Shown here in pieces: positions 27,431 through 37,605 of a stretch of DNA of 64,000 nucleotides. Numbering within the stretch: the first letter of the stretch is position 1; every line of letters starts with the position of its first letter. The translations under genes and the position numbers were made by a program. The notes under the pieces were generated by a model, which searched no databases, was not told the DNA's origin, and saw only the letters and a list, made by a program, of their open reading frames with translations. This stretch comes from Phycisphaerae bacterium. Lineage in GTDB: Bacteria; Planctomycetota; Phycisphaerae; UBA1845; Fen-1342. The stretch spans positions 64,001-128,000 of the forward strand of contig JASFQK010000007.1 of assembly GCA_050115495.1 (NCBI GenBank). Reading direction: 5' to 3'.

Positions 27431-28399
27431 CTACCAGTCGCGCTCCACGGGCTTGTGCCGCGCCGCCTGCCGCCGGCGGAGCATCTCCCGCCGGGCCTTC
27501 TCGGCGTCGCGGATCTGCTGGAGGAGCCGTTCGGCCTGCTCGGGCGTGAGGTGAATGACCTGCGACGGCTGCTCTCCGGTCTGCTCCTCGCCCTCTCCCT
27601 CCTCGGGTTGCTGCTCGGGCTGGGGTTGGTTCTCGTCTCCGGCCTGCGGCTGCGAGGATGGCTGTGATTCTGGTTGCGGCTGCTGCTCGGACTGCGGTTG
27701 TGACTCGGGCGAAGATTCTTCCCGATCCTGCTCGTCCGGTTGCTGCGGCTGGGAGGTCGGCTGGGAGGTGGGTGGCGGCTGCTCTTGTTGCTGCTGATCC
27801 TGGTCCTGGTCCTGGTTCTGACCCTGATTCTGGTCCTGTTGCTGTTGCTGCTGTTCGGAAGGCTGGGTGCTGGGCTGTGACTCGGGCTGCTGCTCGCTGG
27901 CCTGTTCGAGCCGTTGCTTAAGCTGATAGGCCAGCTCCAGATTAGCCCGAACGTCCGGGAGGGTCGGATCGAGCCGGACCGCGTCGATGTATTGCGCGGT
28001 CGCCCGGTCGAGCGCATCCTGGGCCGCGGCCATGTCTTGTGCTTCGAGGGCTTTCAGCGCTTCCGCATAATCGCAATTTCCGAGGTTGTAGCGCGTGCGG
28101 GCCTCGAACGCCACATCCTCCGATGCCAGAGCCCGCACCCAATGCTCGCGGGCCTCGGCCAGATCGCCGAGCTTGAAATAAGCGGCGGCCTGGTCGTGTA
28201 GCAGCTCGGGCCAGACCTCCGTGCCGGCACCTTCCGCCGCGGCCTGGTACGCCTTCAGCGCCGCGGCATAGTCCCCCGCCGCATAGAGCTCGTTGCCCTT
28301 GGCGATCTGCTCGCGTGGCGACAGTGTTTCGTCCGCCATCACCGGCGGCGGGAGAAGCAGCCCGAGCCCGATACAGCATGCGCAAATTCCGCGCTTCAT
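27431..28399 (-). CDS. batC: BatC-like TPR protein with Gln-rich linker
   Basis: GNELYAAGDY, YNLGN, VRANLELA, Q/E-rich tract, EQAERLLQQI...PVERDW end. Confidence 0.75.
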   Translation of the reverse strand: MKRGICACCIGLGLLLPPPVMADETLSPREQIAKGNELYAAGDYAAALKAYQAAAEGAGTEVWPELLHDQAAAYFKLGDLAEAREHWVRALASEDVAFEARTRYNLGNCDYAEALKALEAQDMAAAQDALDRATAQYIDAVRLDPTLPDVRANLELAYQLKQRLEQASEQQPESQPSTQPSEQQQQQQDQNQGQNQDQDQDQQQQEQPPPTSQPTSQPQQPDEQDREESSPESQPQSEQQPQPESQPSSQPQAGDENQPQPEQQPEEGEGEEQTGEQPSQVIHLTPEQAERLLQQIRDAEKARREMLRRRQAARHKPVERDW

Positions 28400-29487
28400 G
28401 CGGCAGCTCCTCTTTCCCGGTGGGTCTCGGCGATGGTCAGCGCCCCGTGCCGTGGCCCGTCGCGCAGCAGCGAATCGATCAGCAGCAGCCCCAGGGCGGC
28501 CAGGGCGAACAGGTGCGTCCGCGACGGCAGCGGCACCGTCTCGGCTTCGAGCCGCTCCTGGGCATCCACCGCCGGCAGCACGACGTCGCGGTAGATCTCG
28601 CCCAGGTCGAAATTACGCGTGCCGACAGGGATGAAGTTCTGGCGGCCGAAGCGGCTGAACATGCTGCCGCCGGCGACCTGGGTGACTTGCCGCAGGTCGT
28701 CGAAGTTGGCCTTGCTCCAGACCTCCTTGCCCTGGTATTCGAGGTAGCCCTCGCCGCGGGCCGTGTCGACGGGGATGCGGGCACCTTCGCGCTCGTCGCC
28801 GAGCGCTACGGCGATGATGGGCAACTGGTGGTCCTCCCACGCACCGGCGGCGGCCTGGACCGGCTCGCTGTCGTGGTCCTCGCCGTCGGTGATGAGCAGA
28901 ACGATGCGGTGGGCACCGAGCTTGTCGGGGAAGGCCTTGGCCGCCTTGCGGATCGCGTCGCCGATCAGCGTCCCGCCACGAGCGGCGCTGCGTGTGCTGA
29001 CGTCGTCGAGCGCCAGGCGAAAGAAGCCGTAGTCGTTCGTCAGCGGGCAGGTGAGCACGGCCTCGCCGGCGAACGTGATGAGCCCGATCCGATCGCCGCC
29101 GAGGGCCGGCAGCAGGTCGTCCCGGATGGAGAGCTTGGCCCGTTCGAGGCGATTCGGGGCAATGTCGCGGGCCAGCATCGAGCGCGACACGTCGAGCAGG
29201 ACCATCACGTCGATGTTCCGCCGGGCGAGTTGCTGCTCCTGCTCACCCCAGCGTGGCCCGAGCAAACCGGCGACGAGCGCCACCAGGCACGCCGTCACCA
29301 GCAGCAGCCGCAATAGCGCTCGCGGCCAGCTCACTGGCGACGTCAGGTAGCGCAGCAGGTTCGCCGCGGCGAACATCCGCATGGCCCGCCGGCGCTGCCA
29401 GATCCCGTACAGCCCCAGCAGCACGACGCCGAGGACCACCCACAGCAGGTGCAGCCAGCGGAGATCGTCGAAGACGAGGTTGTTCAC
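28396..29487 (-). CDS. batB: BatB-like VWA domain protein
   Basis: GPRWG, MIDAS LDVSRSMLARD..PNRLERAK, PLTNDY, LITDGEDH. GTG start overlaps the batA stop. Confidence 0.85.
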   Translation of the reverse strand: MNNLVFDDLRWLHLLWVVLGVVLLGLYGIWQRRRAMRMFAAANLLRYLTSPVSWPRALLRLLLVTACLVALVAGLLGPRWGEQEQQLARRNIDVMVLLDVSRSMLARDIAPNRLERAKLSIRDDLLPALGGDRIGLITFAGEAVLTCPLTNDYGFFRLALDDVSTRSAARGGTLIGDAIRKAAKAFPDKLGAHRIVLLITDGEDHDSEPVQAAAGAWEDHQLPIIAVALGDEREGARIPVDTARGEGYLEYQGKEVWSKANFDDLRQVTQVAGGSMFSRFGRQNFIPVGTRNFDLGEIYRDVVLPAVDAQERLEAETVPLPSRTHLFALAALGLLLIDSLLRDGPRHGALTIAETHRERGAAA

Positions 29488-30521
29488 GGGATCTTCCTCA
29501 ACCGCGTGGCGGCCAGCACCATCTGCAAACACAGGCAAGCCATCGCCGCCATCAGCCACGGCCGGGCGAGCTCGCCGTAGCGCACGAAACGCCGCTCCTC
29601 CACGCGGGTCCGCTCCAACCGATCGATGTCGGCCATGATCTGGACCAGGGAGTCGGCATTGCGGGCGTCGTAGAACTTGCCGCCGGTCACTTCGGCGATC
29701 GCCCGCAGGTCGCGGTCATCGCTCGGCCGCATGCCGTGGAACGTGCCCGCCAGAATCGTATACACCTTGATGCCGAAGTGGGCGGCGAGCTCGCCCGCCT
29801 CTTGCGGCTTGATCTGGCTGGTCTCGTCGAAACCGTCGGTGATCAGCACGGCGATGCGGCTGGTGATCTTGAGCGTTTCGCCGGCGCCGGTCGTGCGCTC
29901 CAGGTCTTTCATGCGCTCGACGGCCAGGGCGAGGGCGTCGCCGATCGACGTGCCGCGCTCGCTGCGGTCGAGCGAAAGATGGAGCTCGCCGAGCGTGTCC
30001 GCAAGCCCGTCGTGATCGAGCGTCAGTGGACAGGCGGTGTCTGGGTAGTACGCGAAACGGATCAACCCGATGAGGTCGTTCGGCCGCCCGGGCAGCTTGC
30101 CGTCGCCCATCACGAACCGCCGAAACACGTCCTTCACCACATCCAGCCGCGTCATCCGCCGACCCGGCGGCGACAGGTCCACGTCATCCATGCTCGGCGA
30201 CGTATCGGCCACGAGCTGAATCGCGATGCCCTCGGCGTAGATCTGGCTCGATTCATCCGGCCGTTGCGGCCGGGCCGCCGCGATGATCAGGCACACGAGC
30301 GCCGCCGAGCGCAACACGGGCAGAACGCCCCGCACCCGCCGCGGCCAACGGCTGCCGGCCTCGCGCAGCGCGCCGAGATCGGAATAGCGAATACCGCGCG
30401 GTCGCCGCCACCACCACCACGCCCACAACCCCGGCACGACGGGGAGTAGCAACAGCGCCCACACCCACGGATAGGGCCACAAGAGCCACTCGGGCGTCAA
30501 CGGCAGGTGCACGTGCGTCAT
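29484..30521 (-). CDS. batA: BatA-like VWA domain protein
   Basis: AAARPQ, GIAIQLVADTSPSM, RPNDLIGL, PLTLDH, GTSIGDAL, ITDG, IAEVTGGKFY, IDRLE. Confidence 0.87.
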   Translation of the reverse strand: MTHVHLPLTPEWLLWPYPWVWALLLLPVVPGLWAWWWWRRPRGIRYSDLGALREAGSRWPRRVRGVLPVLRSAALVCLIIAAARPQRPDESSQIYAEGIAIQLVADTSPSMDDVDLSPPGRRMTRLDVVKDVFRRFVMGDGKLPGRPNDLIGLIRFAYYPDTACPLTLDHDGLADTLGELHLSLDRSERGTSIGDALALAVERMKDLERTTGAGETLKITSRIAVLITDGFDETSQIKPQEAGELAAHFGIKVYTILAGTFHGMRPSDDRDLRAIAEVTGGKFYDARNADSLVQIMADIDRLERTRVEERRFVRYGELARPWLMAAMACLCLQMVLAATRLRKIP

Positions 30522-31579
30522 GCCGCTCGGCCCTCCGCCTCATCGCCGCCCATCGTCTGTTGCAGGTCGTGCGCCTGGGCCATGCGTTCAGCCGCCGCTG
30601 CCGTCTCTTGCACGAACGCCCGCGCCGAGCGCAGGGCCTCCGCGCCGTCCTCGGGCTGTGGCCGCAGCGCCGCGTACTTCACGATGTCGCAGCTTTCCAG
30701 GAAGGCCCGCAGCCGGTCGGCATCGTACGGCAGCGCCGAGCCGTCCCGCGCCAACGTCTGCAGGAACTCCTCCGTCGTCATATCCGGAGCCGCCAGGTCA
30801 AACTTGCGTTCGACGTACTGCCGCACTGTTTCGCTAAGCCGAAAGTAGAACTCCTGGTCCCGCTCCACACTGAGCAGGTCCTCAGCTTCCAGCACCGCCA
30901 GCATCCGCAGCGCCCATACCTCGGGCGCCACCGGCGGCACCAGCAATCCGCGCCGCCGATAGAACACCCATGCCAGCGCCAGCCCGCCGAGTACCAGCGC
31001 CACCACCACGCCGATCAGCAGCGGACGGTGTGCAGACTGCCAGGCGGTCTTCGGCGGCAGCTCTGTCCCGGTGATGTCGCGCGGCTCAGCCGGGCTGTCC
31101 TGCGACGTCAACGCTGAACGCACCTCGACCTTGAGTGGCTCAGCGGTGAGCTCGCGCTCCAACTCGGAATTGGTTCCCGGCTCCGCCGGCAGACGCCCGT
31201 ACTTCACACCCAATGGCGGCAAGGTTAGCGTGCCGGACGTCGTGCTCTCCAGAACGAACGTTCGCCGCCATTCGCGTCCACCTTCCGGCGCCGGCCGCGA
31301 ATCCGGAGCATCGGTCACATGCACGTTGAGATTGCCGAAATCCGCCGACTCGGGCAATCGCACGACGTAGTCTTCCGGTGCGATGGCCTGCACGGTGATC
31401 TCGATCGGATCGCCCAGCCAGACCTGCCGCGGCCGAGCCTCGACCGTCACCTGCAGCGGCCCCCGCTTGGCCACGTCGCGAACGACGTTCTCCTCCGATG
31501 GCGCCGGCCGCGAGCACCCTCCGGCCCACAACAGGCCGAGGACCGCGAGGCCGCAACATCGTCGCCAGGTGCCGCTCAT
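30518..31579 (-). CDS. Bat-operon membrane/lipoprotein (BatD N-terminal-like / DUF4381-like)
   Basis: Lipobox-like WAGGC, a TM, and FYFRLS..VRQYVE...MTTEEFL...DIVKYA. Sits between DUF58 and batA. Confidence 0.7.
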   Translation of the reverse strand: MSGTWRRCCGLAVLGLLWAGGCSRPAPSEENVVRDVAKRGPLQVTVEARPRQVWLGDPIEITVQAIAPEDYVVRLPESADFGNLNVHVTDAPDSRPAPEGGREWRRTFVLESTTSGTLTLPPLGVKYGRLPAEPGTNSELERELTAEPLKVEVRSALTSQDSPAEPRDITGTELPPKTAWQSAHRPLLIGVVVALVLGGLALAWVFYRRRGLLVPPVAPEVWALRMLAVLEAEDLLSVERDQEFYFRLSETVRQYVERKFDLAAPDMTTEEFLQTLARDGSALPYDADRLRAFLESCDIVKYAALRPQPEDGAEALRSARAFVQETAAAAERMAQAHDLQQTMGGDEAEGRAA

Positions 31580-32451
31580 CGCCGGCGCTCCCGGCGGCGG
31601 AAGAACTTGCGCAGCGGATCGACGAACGACTCGCCCGTCTCCACCTCGATCGCGTCCAACCGCATGCGCCGTAACTCGGTCCGCAGCGCTTCACGCCGCG
31701 CCGCTGCCTGTCCGCCGAAACGCCGGCGGAATGCGGCGGAGCTTGTATCGACCAGGAGCTGCTCGCCGGTCTCCGGGTCGAGCAGCTCGATGAACCGCAC
31801 CGGCGGCAGTGTCCGCTCGCGCTCGTCGCCGACCAGAATCGGGATGAGGTCGTGGCGATGGCGAACGACCTGGAGCTGCCGCGAAAACGACGGCGTCTGG
31901 AAATCGCTGATGAGAAAGGCCACCACGCGCCGCCGCATCACGCGGCTGAGATACTCGAGCGCCAACCCGACGTCCGTTCGGCGGCCCTGCGGCTCGTGAT
32001 ACAGCAGCTCGCGCACGACGCGGAGGGCGTGCCGCGGCCCCTTGCGCGGCGGCACGAAGCACTCGATCCGGTCGGTGAAGAGGATCAACCCGACCTTGTC
32101 GTTGTTCTGAATCGCCGAAAAGGCCAGCGTCGCTCCGATCTCCGCGACGAGCTCGCTCTTGAGCTGGTCCTTCGTGCCGAACCGCTGTGAGCCGCTGATA
32201 TCGACCAGCAGCAACACGGTTAGCTCGCGCTCCTCGCGGTAGTTCTTCACGAACGGGCGGCCAACGCGGGCGGTCACGTTCCAGTCGATCGTGCGCACGT
32301 CGTCGCCTGGCTGGTATTCGCGGACCTCCTCGAACTCCATCCCGCGACCGCGGAAGGCCGAGTGGTACTGCCCCGCGAACACGTCGTGCACCAGCGCCGA
32401 CGTGACGATCTGAATCCGGCGGACTTTCTTGAGTATCTCGGTCGGAATCAT
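31576..32451 (-). CDS. DUF58 domain protein (MoxR-associated)
   Basis: GQYHSAFRGRGMEFEEVREYQPGDDVRTIDWNVTAR, VDISGS, FLISDF. Confidence 0.92.
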   Translation of the reverse strand: MIPTEILKKVRRIQIVTSALVHDVFAGQYHSAFRGRGMEFEEVREYQPGDDVRTIDWNVTARVGRPFVKNYREERELTVLLLVDISGSQRFGTKDQLKSELVAEIGATLAFSAIQNNDKVGLILFTDRIECFVPPRKGPRHALRVVRELLYHEPQGRRTDVGLALEYLSRVMRRRVVAFLISDFQTPSFSRQLQVVRHRHDLIPILVGDERERTLPPVRFIELLDPETGEQLLVDTSSAAFRRRFGGQAAARREALRTELRRMRLDAIEVETGESFVDPLRKFFRRRERRR

Positions 32452-32557
32452 GTTCTCATGCCAACGGCGGAAACGGCGGCGCCCAGGCGCAGCCCGTCCT
32501 CCCTCCCGCAAAGCTACGAATTGTACAGACGCCCGCCGACCCGGAAAGCCGTCAGAA

Positions 32558-33400
32558 TCATCGCCCGATCTTCCGCCAGCCCTCGCCGAGCAGCACCTCG
32601 TTCAGGCTCCCCGAGCGCAGCCCCCGTAGATCGACCGCGACGTACTGGAAGCCAAGCTCGCGCAGCCGGGCGTCGACCTGCTCGCGCAAACCGGGTCCGG
32701 CCAGCCGGGCGATCTCCCCCGCCGGCACCTCGATCCGGGCCATGACCCCGTGATGCCGCACGCGGCAGTCGCTGAAGCCCTGCTGACGCAGGAACGTCTC
32801 GGCCCGGTCGATCTGGCGCAGCTTCTCCGGCGTCACCTCGTCGCCGTAGGGCACGCGTGAGGCCAGGCATGGCGACGCCGGCTTGTCCCGCACGGAGAGC
32901 CCCAGCTCCGCCGCAAGCTGCCGCACGTCCGCCTTCGCCAGCCCGGCGTCGGCCAGCGGCGCCCGGATGCTGTGTTCCTCGGCGGCTTTCAGACCGGGTC
33001 GGAAATCATGAGAATCGTCGGCGTTGGCCCCGCTCAGCACAGCCGCCAAGCCGCGCGTTTCTGCCAGCCGCCGCAGGCGGCCGTACAAATCGATCTTGCA
33101 GAAATAGCAGCGGTCGCTCGGGTTGGCGCGGTAGCGCGGATCGTCGAACTCGCTCGTGTCGAGGAACGCGTGCTCGGCACCGATCTCGTCGACGAGACCC
33201 GGCACCGCGGCCTGCTCGGCTTCCGCCAGACTGGGGCTGCGACCGGTGACGGCCAGCACGTGCCGCCGGCCCAGCGCATTGACGGCGAGTTTCAATAGCA
33301 CGGCGCTGTCGACGCCGCCAGAAAATGCCACGAGCACCGAGCCCATCCGCCGCAGACTGTCCTCGACGGCGACGCGTTTCGTCGCCAGTGGGGTATTCAT
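32558..33400 (-). CDS. larE: ATP-dependent sulfur transferase LarE family
   Basis: PP-loop VAFSGGVDS, DRCYFCK, GANADD..DFRPG, KPASPCLASRVPYG, RVRHHG..ARIEV, GSLN. Confidence 0.9.
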   Translation of the reverse strand: MNTPLATKRVAVEDSLRRMGSVLVAFSGGVDSAVLLKLAVNALGRRHVLAVTGRSPSLAEAEQAAVPGLVDEIGAEHAFLDTSEFDDPRYRANPSDRCYFCKIDLYGRLRRLAETRGLAAVLSGANADDSHDFRPGLKAAEEHSIRAPLADAGLAKADVRQLAAELGLSVRDKPASPCLASRVPYGDEVTPEKLRQIDRAETFLRQQGFSDCRVRHHGVMARIEVPAGEIARLAGPGLREQVDARLRELGFQYVAVDLRGLRSGSLNEVLLGEGWRKIGR

Positions 33401-33456
33401 CAGGGGTTTCCCGGAGTTGGCCGGTACCGGTCGGCTCACCCGCCCGGCGGCCGCAC

Positions 33457-34401
33457 TCAATGTTCGTCCGGTAACTCGAGTTCGCCCTTGGGCGGCTCAG
33501 CCCACGACCAGCCCAGTCGACGAGCCGCATGCAGCAACAGCCCGCTGAGCACGTAGGCGAACGCCAGGCACACCAGCAACAGCGGGAAACTGTAGAACCC
33601 GAGCACGACGATGACGATCACCCAGACTAGGTGCGTGGGCGGGTGCTTTCGGCGGACGTACAGGTTGAACACGTGCACGTAATCCACGCGGCCGACCATC
33701 AGCAGGCCCACGACGACCGTCGTCACCGCCGTCGCCCAGCGCAGCACCCATAGCCAATCCACGCCCCAGGCGGCGAATTCGCTGTCACGCAAGTTCTCGT
33801 GCAGTGCCAGCAGGGCGGCCACGGCCGCCGCCGCTCCCGGACTGGGCAGGCCGCTGAAGCCGGGCTGCGCATGTTCCGAGCGCACGTTCTCCGCGTTGTA
33901 ACGGGCCAGCCGGATCGCGGCACAACTCAGGTATATCAGTGAACCCAGCATGCCCACGCGAAACAGCACGCGGGCGAAATCCGGCATGCCCACCGGCACG
34001 TCCGGCCCCGGCCGCATCAGCAGCGTGATGAACAGGGCCATCGGGGCCACGCCGAAGCTCACAATGTCCGATAGCGAGTCGAGCTGCGCCCCGAACTCGC
34101 TCGTTCGCCGCGTGATCCGCGCCAGTCGCCCGTCCAGGGCGTCGAAGATCATGGCCAGGACGATCAGGTACGCGCCGGCGGCGATGTGCGTGGGGAAGAC
34201 CTTCTCCAGGAGTACGGAGAACACGCGGGGCTGCTCGGCGTACATCTCGGCGTAGCCGGCCCGTATCGACAGCAGACAGCAGAAGATCGCCAGAAATCCG
34301 CACAGCAGATTGCCCAGCGTCGCCGTCGCCGGTAGCAGGCTGATGCCGATCAGCCGGCGCTTGCGCGTCTCTGTCACCGGTTGCTCTTCACGCTGGATCA
34401 T
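33457..34401 (-). CDS. pssA: CDP-diacylglycerol--serine O-phosphatidyltransferase
   Basis: LP..TLGNL.CG, FDALDGRLAR...SEFGAQLDSLSDIVSFGVAP, RLARYN, FSGLPSP. Adjacent to psd. Confidence 0.9.
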   Translation of the reverse strand: MIQREEQPVTETRKRRLIGISLLPATATLGNLLCGFLAIFCCLLSIRAGYAEMYAEQPRVFSVLLEKVFPTHIAAGAYLIVLAMIFDALDGRLARITRRTSEFGAQLDSLSDIVSFGVAPMALFITLLMRPGPDVPVGMPDFARVLFRVGMLGSLIYLSCAAIRLARYNAENVRSEHAQPGFSGLPSPGAAAAVAALLALHENLRDSEFAAWGVDWLWVLRWATAVTTVVVGLLMVGRVDYVHVFNLYVRRKHPPTHLVWVIVIVVLGFYSFPLLLVCLAFAYVLSGLLLHAARRLGWSWAEPPKGELELPDEH

Positions 34402-34412
34402 GGTCGACTTGC

Positions 34413-35069
34413 TCACTGCGGCGGCGTCCACCGCGCCAGAATGCTCAGCCCGGCCCGCACCTTCTCGCCGACGGCCACGGCCACTTCCCACCGGGCATCC
34501 TCCGGCACGCACACTTCCGTCCGCGAGCCTAACTTGATCATACCGAACGGCTGTCCCGCGGCCAGTTCGTCCCCGACCTGCGCCCGGCAGACGATCCGCC
34601 GGGCCAGCACGCCGGCGATCTGCCGCACGCGCACCGGTCCGGTCAGCGGCGGGACCGGCTCCAGTTCGACCGTGTTGCACTCGTTGACCGCGTCGGCCTC
34701 CGTGCGCAGCGCGTTGAGGAAGCGGCCGGGCCGATACGTCACGCCGGTGACGCGCCCCGCGCACGGGCTCCGGTTCACGTGCACGTCGTACACGGCGAGG
34801 AAGATCATGATGCGCAGCACGCGGCCGCCGTCGGGATGCTCGGCGTCGCGCGTGATCTCGACGACGTGCCCGTCCGCCGGCGCGAGCAGCAATGTGTCTC
34901 CCGGTGGCGGCTGTCGGCGCGGATGGCGATAGAACGAAAGCAGCGACAGGGCCACGAACGCCGGCAGCAACCCCCACCAATGGCAGTAGTACCCGACCAC
35001 CGCCGTCGCCAGTCCGCCCAGCACGATGAGCAGCGTGATTTCGGTTCGGGCATAGGCCGTCGTCAGCAT
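34413..35069 (-). CDS. psd: Phosphatidylserine decarboxylase proenzyme
   Basis: FYRHP, APADG, IFLAVYDVHVNRSP, RQIAGVLARRIVC, GMIKLGSRT (self-cleavage GS). Confidence 0.92.
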   Translation of the reverse strand: MLTTAYARTEITLLIVLGGLATAVVGYYCHWWGLLPAFVALSLLSFYRHPRRQPPPGDTLLLAPADGHVVEITRDAEHPDGGRVLRIMIFLAVYDVHVNRSPCAGRVTGVTYRPGRFLNALRTEADAVNECNTVELEPVPPLTGPVRVRQIAGVLARRIVCRAQVGDELAAGQPFGMIKLGSRTEVCVPEDARWEVAVAVGEKVRAGLSILARWTPPQ

Positions 35070-35929
35070 GACGCCACCCCCGGTGTGCTCAGCAGTTCGT
35101 CGATGAGCCCGGCCACACCGGCGTCATCGTTCTTCCCGGCCACCTGCCGGGCGACCGATTTGGCCGACGGATGCGCGTTGGCCATGGCCACGCCCCAGCC
35201 GGCCTCACGGATCATGTCCACGTCGTTCACGTCATCGCCGACGGCCACCGTCCGCCGCGGATCGATCTCCCACCGCTGGCAGAGCTGCTCGACGGCGAAC
35301 CACTTGTTCACCTGCGGGGCGAAGGTCTCGATGATGGTCAGGTCGTACGCCGGCGCCCGCAACAGGTTATGGGCGATGCGGCCGTCGAACGTCCGCCGCA
35401 ACTCCGGCTCGACGTCGGCCAGCACGTCTGGGTCATCGATGATCGAGACGCGCACCGGCGGCCAGACGTCGCCGCGCAGCCGGTCCACGCACGTGACGCG
35501 GCACGGCGTGTGCTGGACCCAGCGGTCGACGGCCGGATGTCGCCGGTGCCCGTCGATGACATAGCCGTCGAAGCCGGCCTCTTCGGCGTCGTTGAGCCAG
35601 AGCGTGGTGAAGCCGCGCTTCAGCAGCCAGTCGGTCAGCTCGTACGCCACGGGCAACGACATGGGCGTTCGCGAGAGCGTCCGCCCGCTGCGCACGTCCG
35701 TGATCATCGCCCCGAACACGGTCACGGCGGCGTCGAGATCCAGCCCGATCTCGTCCAGTACCGGCTTTGTTTCCGGATAACTGCGGCCCGTGCACAGCAC
35801 GACGCGCATCCCGGCCTCGTGGGCGCGGTGCAGGGCGCGGCGATTCTCCGCCGGCAGACGGTGCTGCGAATCGAGCAGCGTTCCGTCCACGTCGATGGCG
35901 ATCAGGTCGTACTTCGGCGAGGGCGACAC
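35063..35929 (-). CDS. Cof-type HAD-IIB hydrolase
   Basis: IDVDGTLL, CTGR, VNKW, VGDDVNDVDMI..AG.GVAMANA. Confidence 0.9.
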   Translation of the reverse strand: MSPSPKYDLIAIDVDGTLLDSQHRLPAENRRALHRAHEAGMRVVLCTGRSYPETKPVLDEIGLDLDAAVTVFGAMITDVRSGRTLSRTPMSLPVAYELTDWLLKRGFTTLWLNDAEEAGFDGYVIDGHRRHPAVDRWVQHTPCRVTCVDRLRGDVWPPVRVSIIDDPDVLADVEPELRRTFDGRIAHNLLRAPAYDLTIIETFAPQVNKWFAVEQLCQRWEIDPRRTVAVGDDVNDVDMIREAGWGVAMANAHPSAKSVARQVAGKNDDAGVAGLIDELLSTPGVASC

Positions 35930-36177
35930 GGATCCTGCCTTTCCCGCCGACCGGAGCCGGCGACGCGCATTCTCGCCGCTGGGCCGCCGCCTGAGAAGCG
36001 CCGCGGGCCTGTCGCATTTCCGGCTTTTCGGCTCGCTTCCCGTCGCCCCGGACGGCTACAATGATACTCATCAGGGACGATCGGCGCAGGCGTGCACGAT
36101 CACGAGGCGCCGATCGCGCTGCCCGGTGTTTCGCTCAGGACCCCACAACCCAGCCTGCGACGGATGAAACCCAGACC

Positions 36178-37038
36178 GTGACCACAAGCGCCCAACCCGC
36201 TCAACGCGTCGCTGTCATCGGCTCGCCCGACAAAGCTGCGGTCGCCGCCACCATGGCCCGCATCCAGAACTGGCTGCAGAGCCGCGCGGAGATCGTTTTC
36301 GCCGGCATCACCTACGACAGCGCCCCGGCGCTGACCCGCGAGCCCGACCTGCTCTTCGTCCTCGGCGGCGACGGCACGCTCATCGCCGCCGTCAACGGCC
36401 TCGGCCGCCAGCAGATCCCCATCATCGGCGTGAACCTCGGCAAGCTCGGCTACCTGGCCGACTTCACGGTCGACGAGCTCGAACGCGAGGGCGACTTCCT
36501 CTTCGGCGATCACCTGCCCATCACTCGGCGTATCATGATGGACGTCTCCATCGAACGCGCCGGGCAACCGACCGTCCACGCCCCGGCCATCAACGACTGC
36601 GTCGTCACCGCCGGCCGGCCGTTCCACATGATCCAGGTCACGCTTTCGGTCGACGGCGACAAGGTGGCCATGGTCCGCGGCGACGGGCTCATCGTGGCCA
36701 CGCCCTCGGGCTCCACGGCGCACAACCTCGCCGCCGGCGGCCCCATCGTCGAACCCACCGGCGAGGCCTTCATCCTGACCCCCCTCTGCCCGCAAGCGCT
36801 GACGTACCGCCCGGTCGTCCTCGACGCCCGCCGGCGGATCGTCCTCCGCTGCGTGCAGGCCAACGTCGGCACGTCGGTCAACGTCGACGGCCGCGTCATG
36901 TCGGTCTTCCAGCACGGCGACCAGATGGTCGTCACGCGATACGACGCCGACTTCCTCCTGGTGCGCAACCCCAAGCGCTCCGAATGGCACGCCCTCCGCC
37001 GCAAGCTCCGCTGGGGCGAAGGCCCCAACATGCACTAA
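36178..37038 (+). CDS. nadK: NAD(+) kinase
   Basis: LGGDGTL, GVNLGKLGYL, INDCV, GDGLIVATPSGSTAHNLAAGGPI. Start approximate. TACAAT upstream at ~36057. Confidence 0.93.
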   Translation: MTTSAQPAQRVAVIGSPDKAAVAATMARIQNWLQSRAEIVFAGITYDSAPALTREPDLLFVLGGDGTLIAAVNGLGRQQIPIIGVNLGKLGYLADFTVDELEREGDFLFGDHLPITRRIMMDVSIERAGQPTVHAPAINDCVVTAGRPFHMIQVTLSVDGDKVAMVRGDGLIVATPSGSTAHNLAAGGPIVEPTGEAFILTPLCPQALTYRPVVLDARRRIVLRCVQANVGTSVNVDGRVMSVFQHGDQMVVTRYDADFLLVRNPKRSEWHALRRKLRWGEGPNMH

Positions 37039-37400
37039 CCGGCGTCCGGGGACGCCGCCGGCTCGTCCAGTTCGTCCAGCAGTGCTACCGCACGCCGCAG
37101 GTGCGGGATGACGATCGAACCGCCCACGATCAACCCGACGTTCAGCAGCTCGAAGAGCTCTTCGCGGCTCACGCCGAGTTCGCGGCAGCGCACCACGTGA
37201 TACGTGATGCAGTCGTCGCAGCGCAGGACGAGCGATGCCGCCAGGCCGGCCAGCTCCTTCGTCTTCGCGTCGAGCGCGCCATCGTGGTACGCCTGACCGT
37301 CGAGCGTGAAGAAGCGGTTGATGTTCAGGTTCTTCGCCGCCAGGATGCGGGCGTTCATCTTCTCGCGCTGCTCGCGAAATTCCTTCAGCCGCGAACCCAT
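37035..37400 (-). CDS. Carboxymuconolactone decarboxylase / AhpD-like protein
   Basis: GALDAKTKELAGL.ASLVLRCDDCITYH, VGGSIVIPHLRRA. GGAGG RBS. Confidence 0.88.
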   Translation of the reverse strand: MGSRLKEFREQREKMNARILAAKNLNINRFFTLDGQAYHDGALDAKTKELAGLAASLVLRCDDCITYHVVRCRELGVSREELFELLNVGLIVGGSIVIPHLRRAVALLDELDEPAASPDAG

Positions 37401-37513
37401 CCGCAACCTCCTTCGACCCCGCGCCGCCGATACGTGGCTCGTCGCTCCGGCGGAGAGATTGACGCCACGATAGCCGCCGGGACGGTCGCGGTCACGCGGA
37501 GTGCCCACATACA

Positions 37514-37545
37514 GCATGGGCCGGCCCAGACAGGCCGGCCCATGC
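37514..37545. terminator. Perfect 13-bp hairpin (terminator or REP-like)
   Basis: gcatgggccggcc-cagaca-ggccggcccatgc, downstream of the ORF 37606 stop. Confidence 0.55.
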
Positions 37546-37605
37546 CCTCATCTTCATGCGCCGTAGCGATCAGCCCGCCGCAGTTTCACCGCGACGGCGA
37601 CCGGA

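Noticed and set aside
27560..27900. Gln/Pro-rich tandem-like DNA
   Set aside because: Ordinary low-complexity linker of BatC-like proteins.
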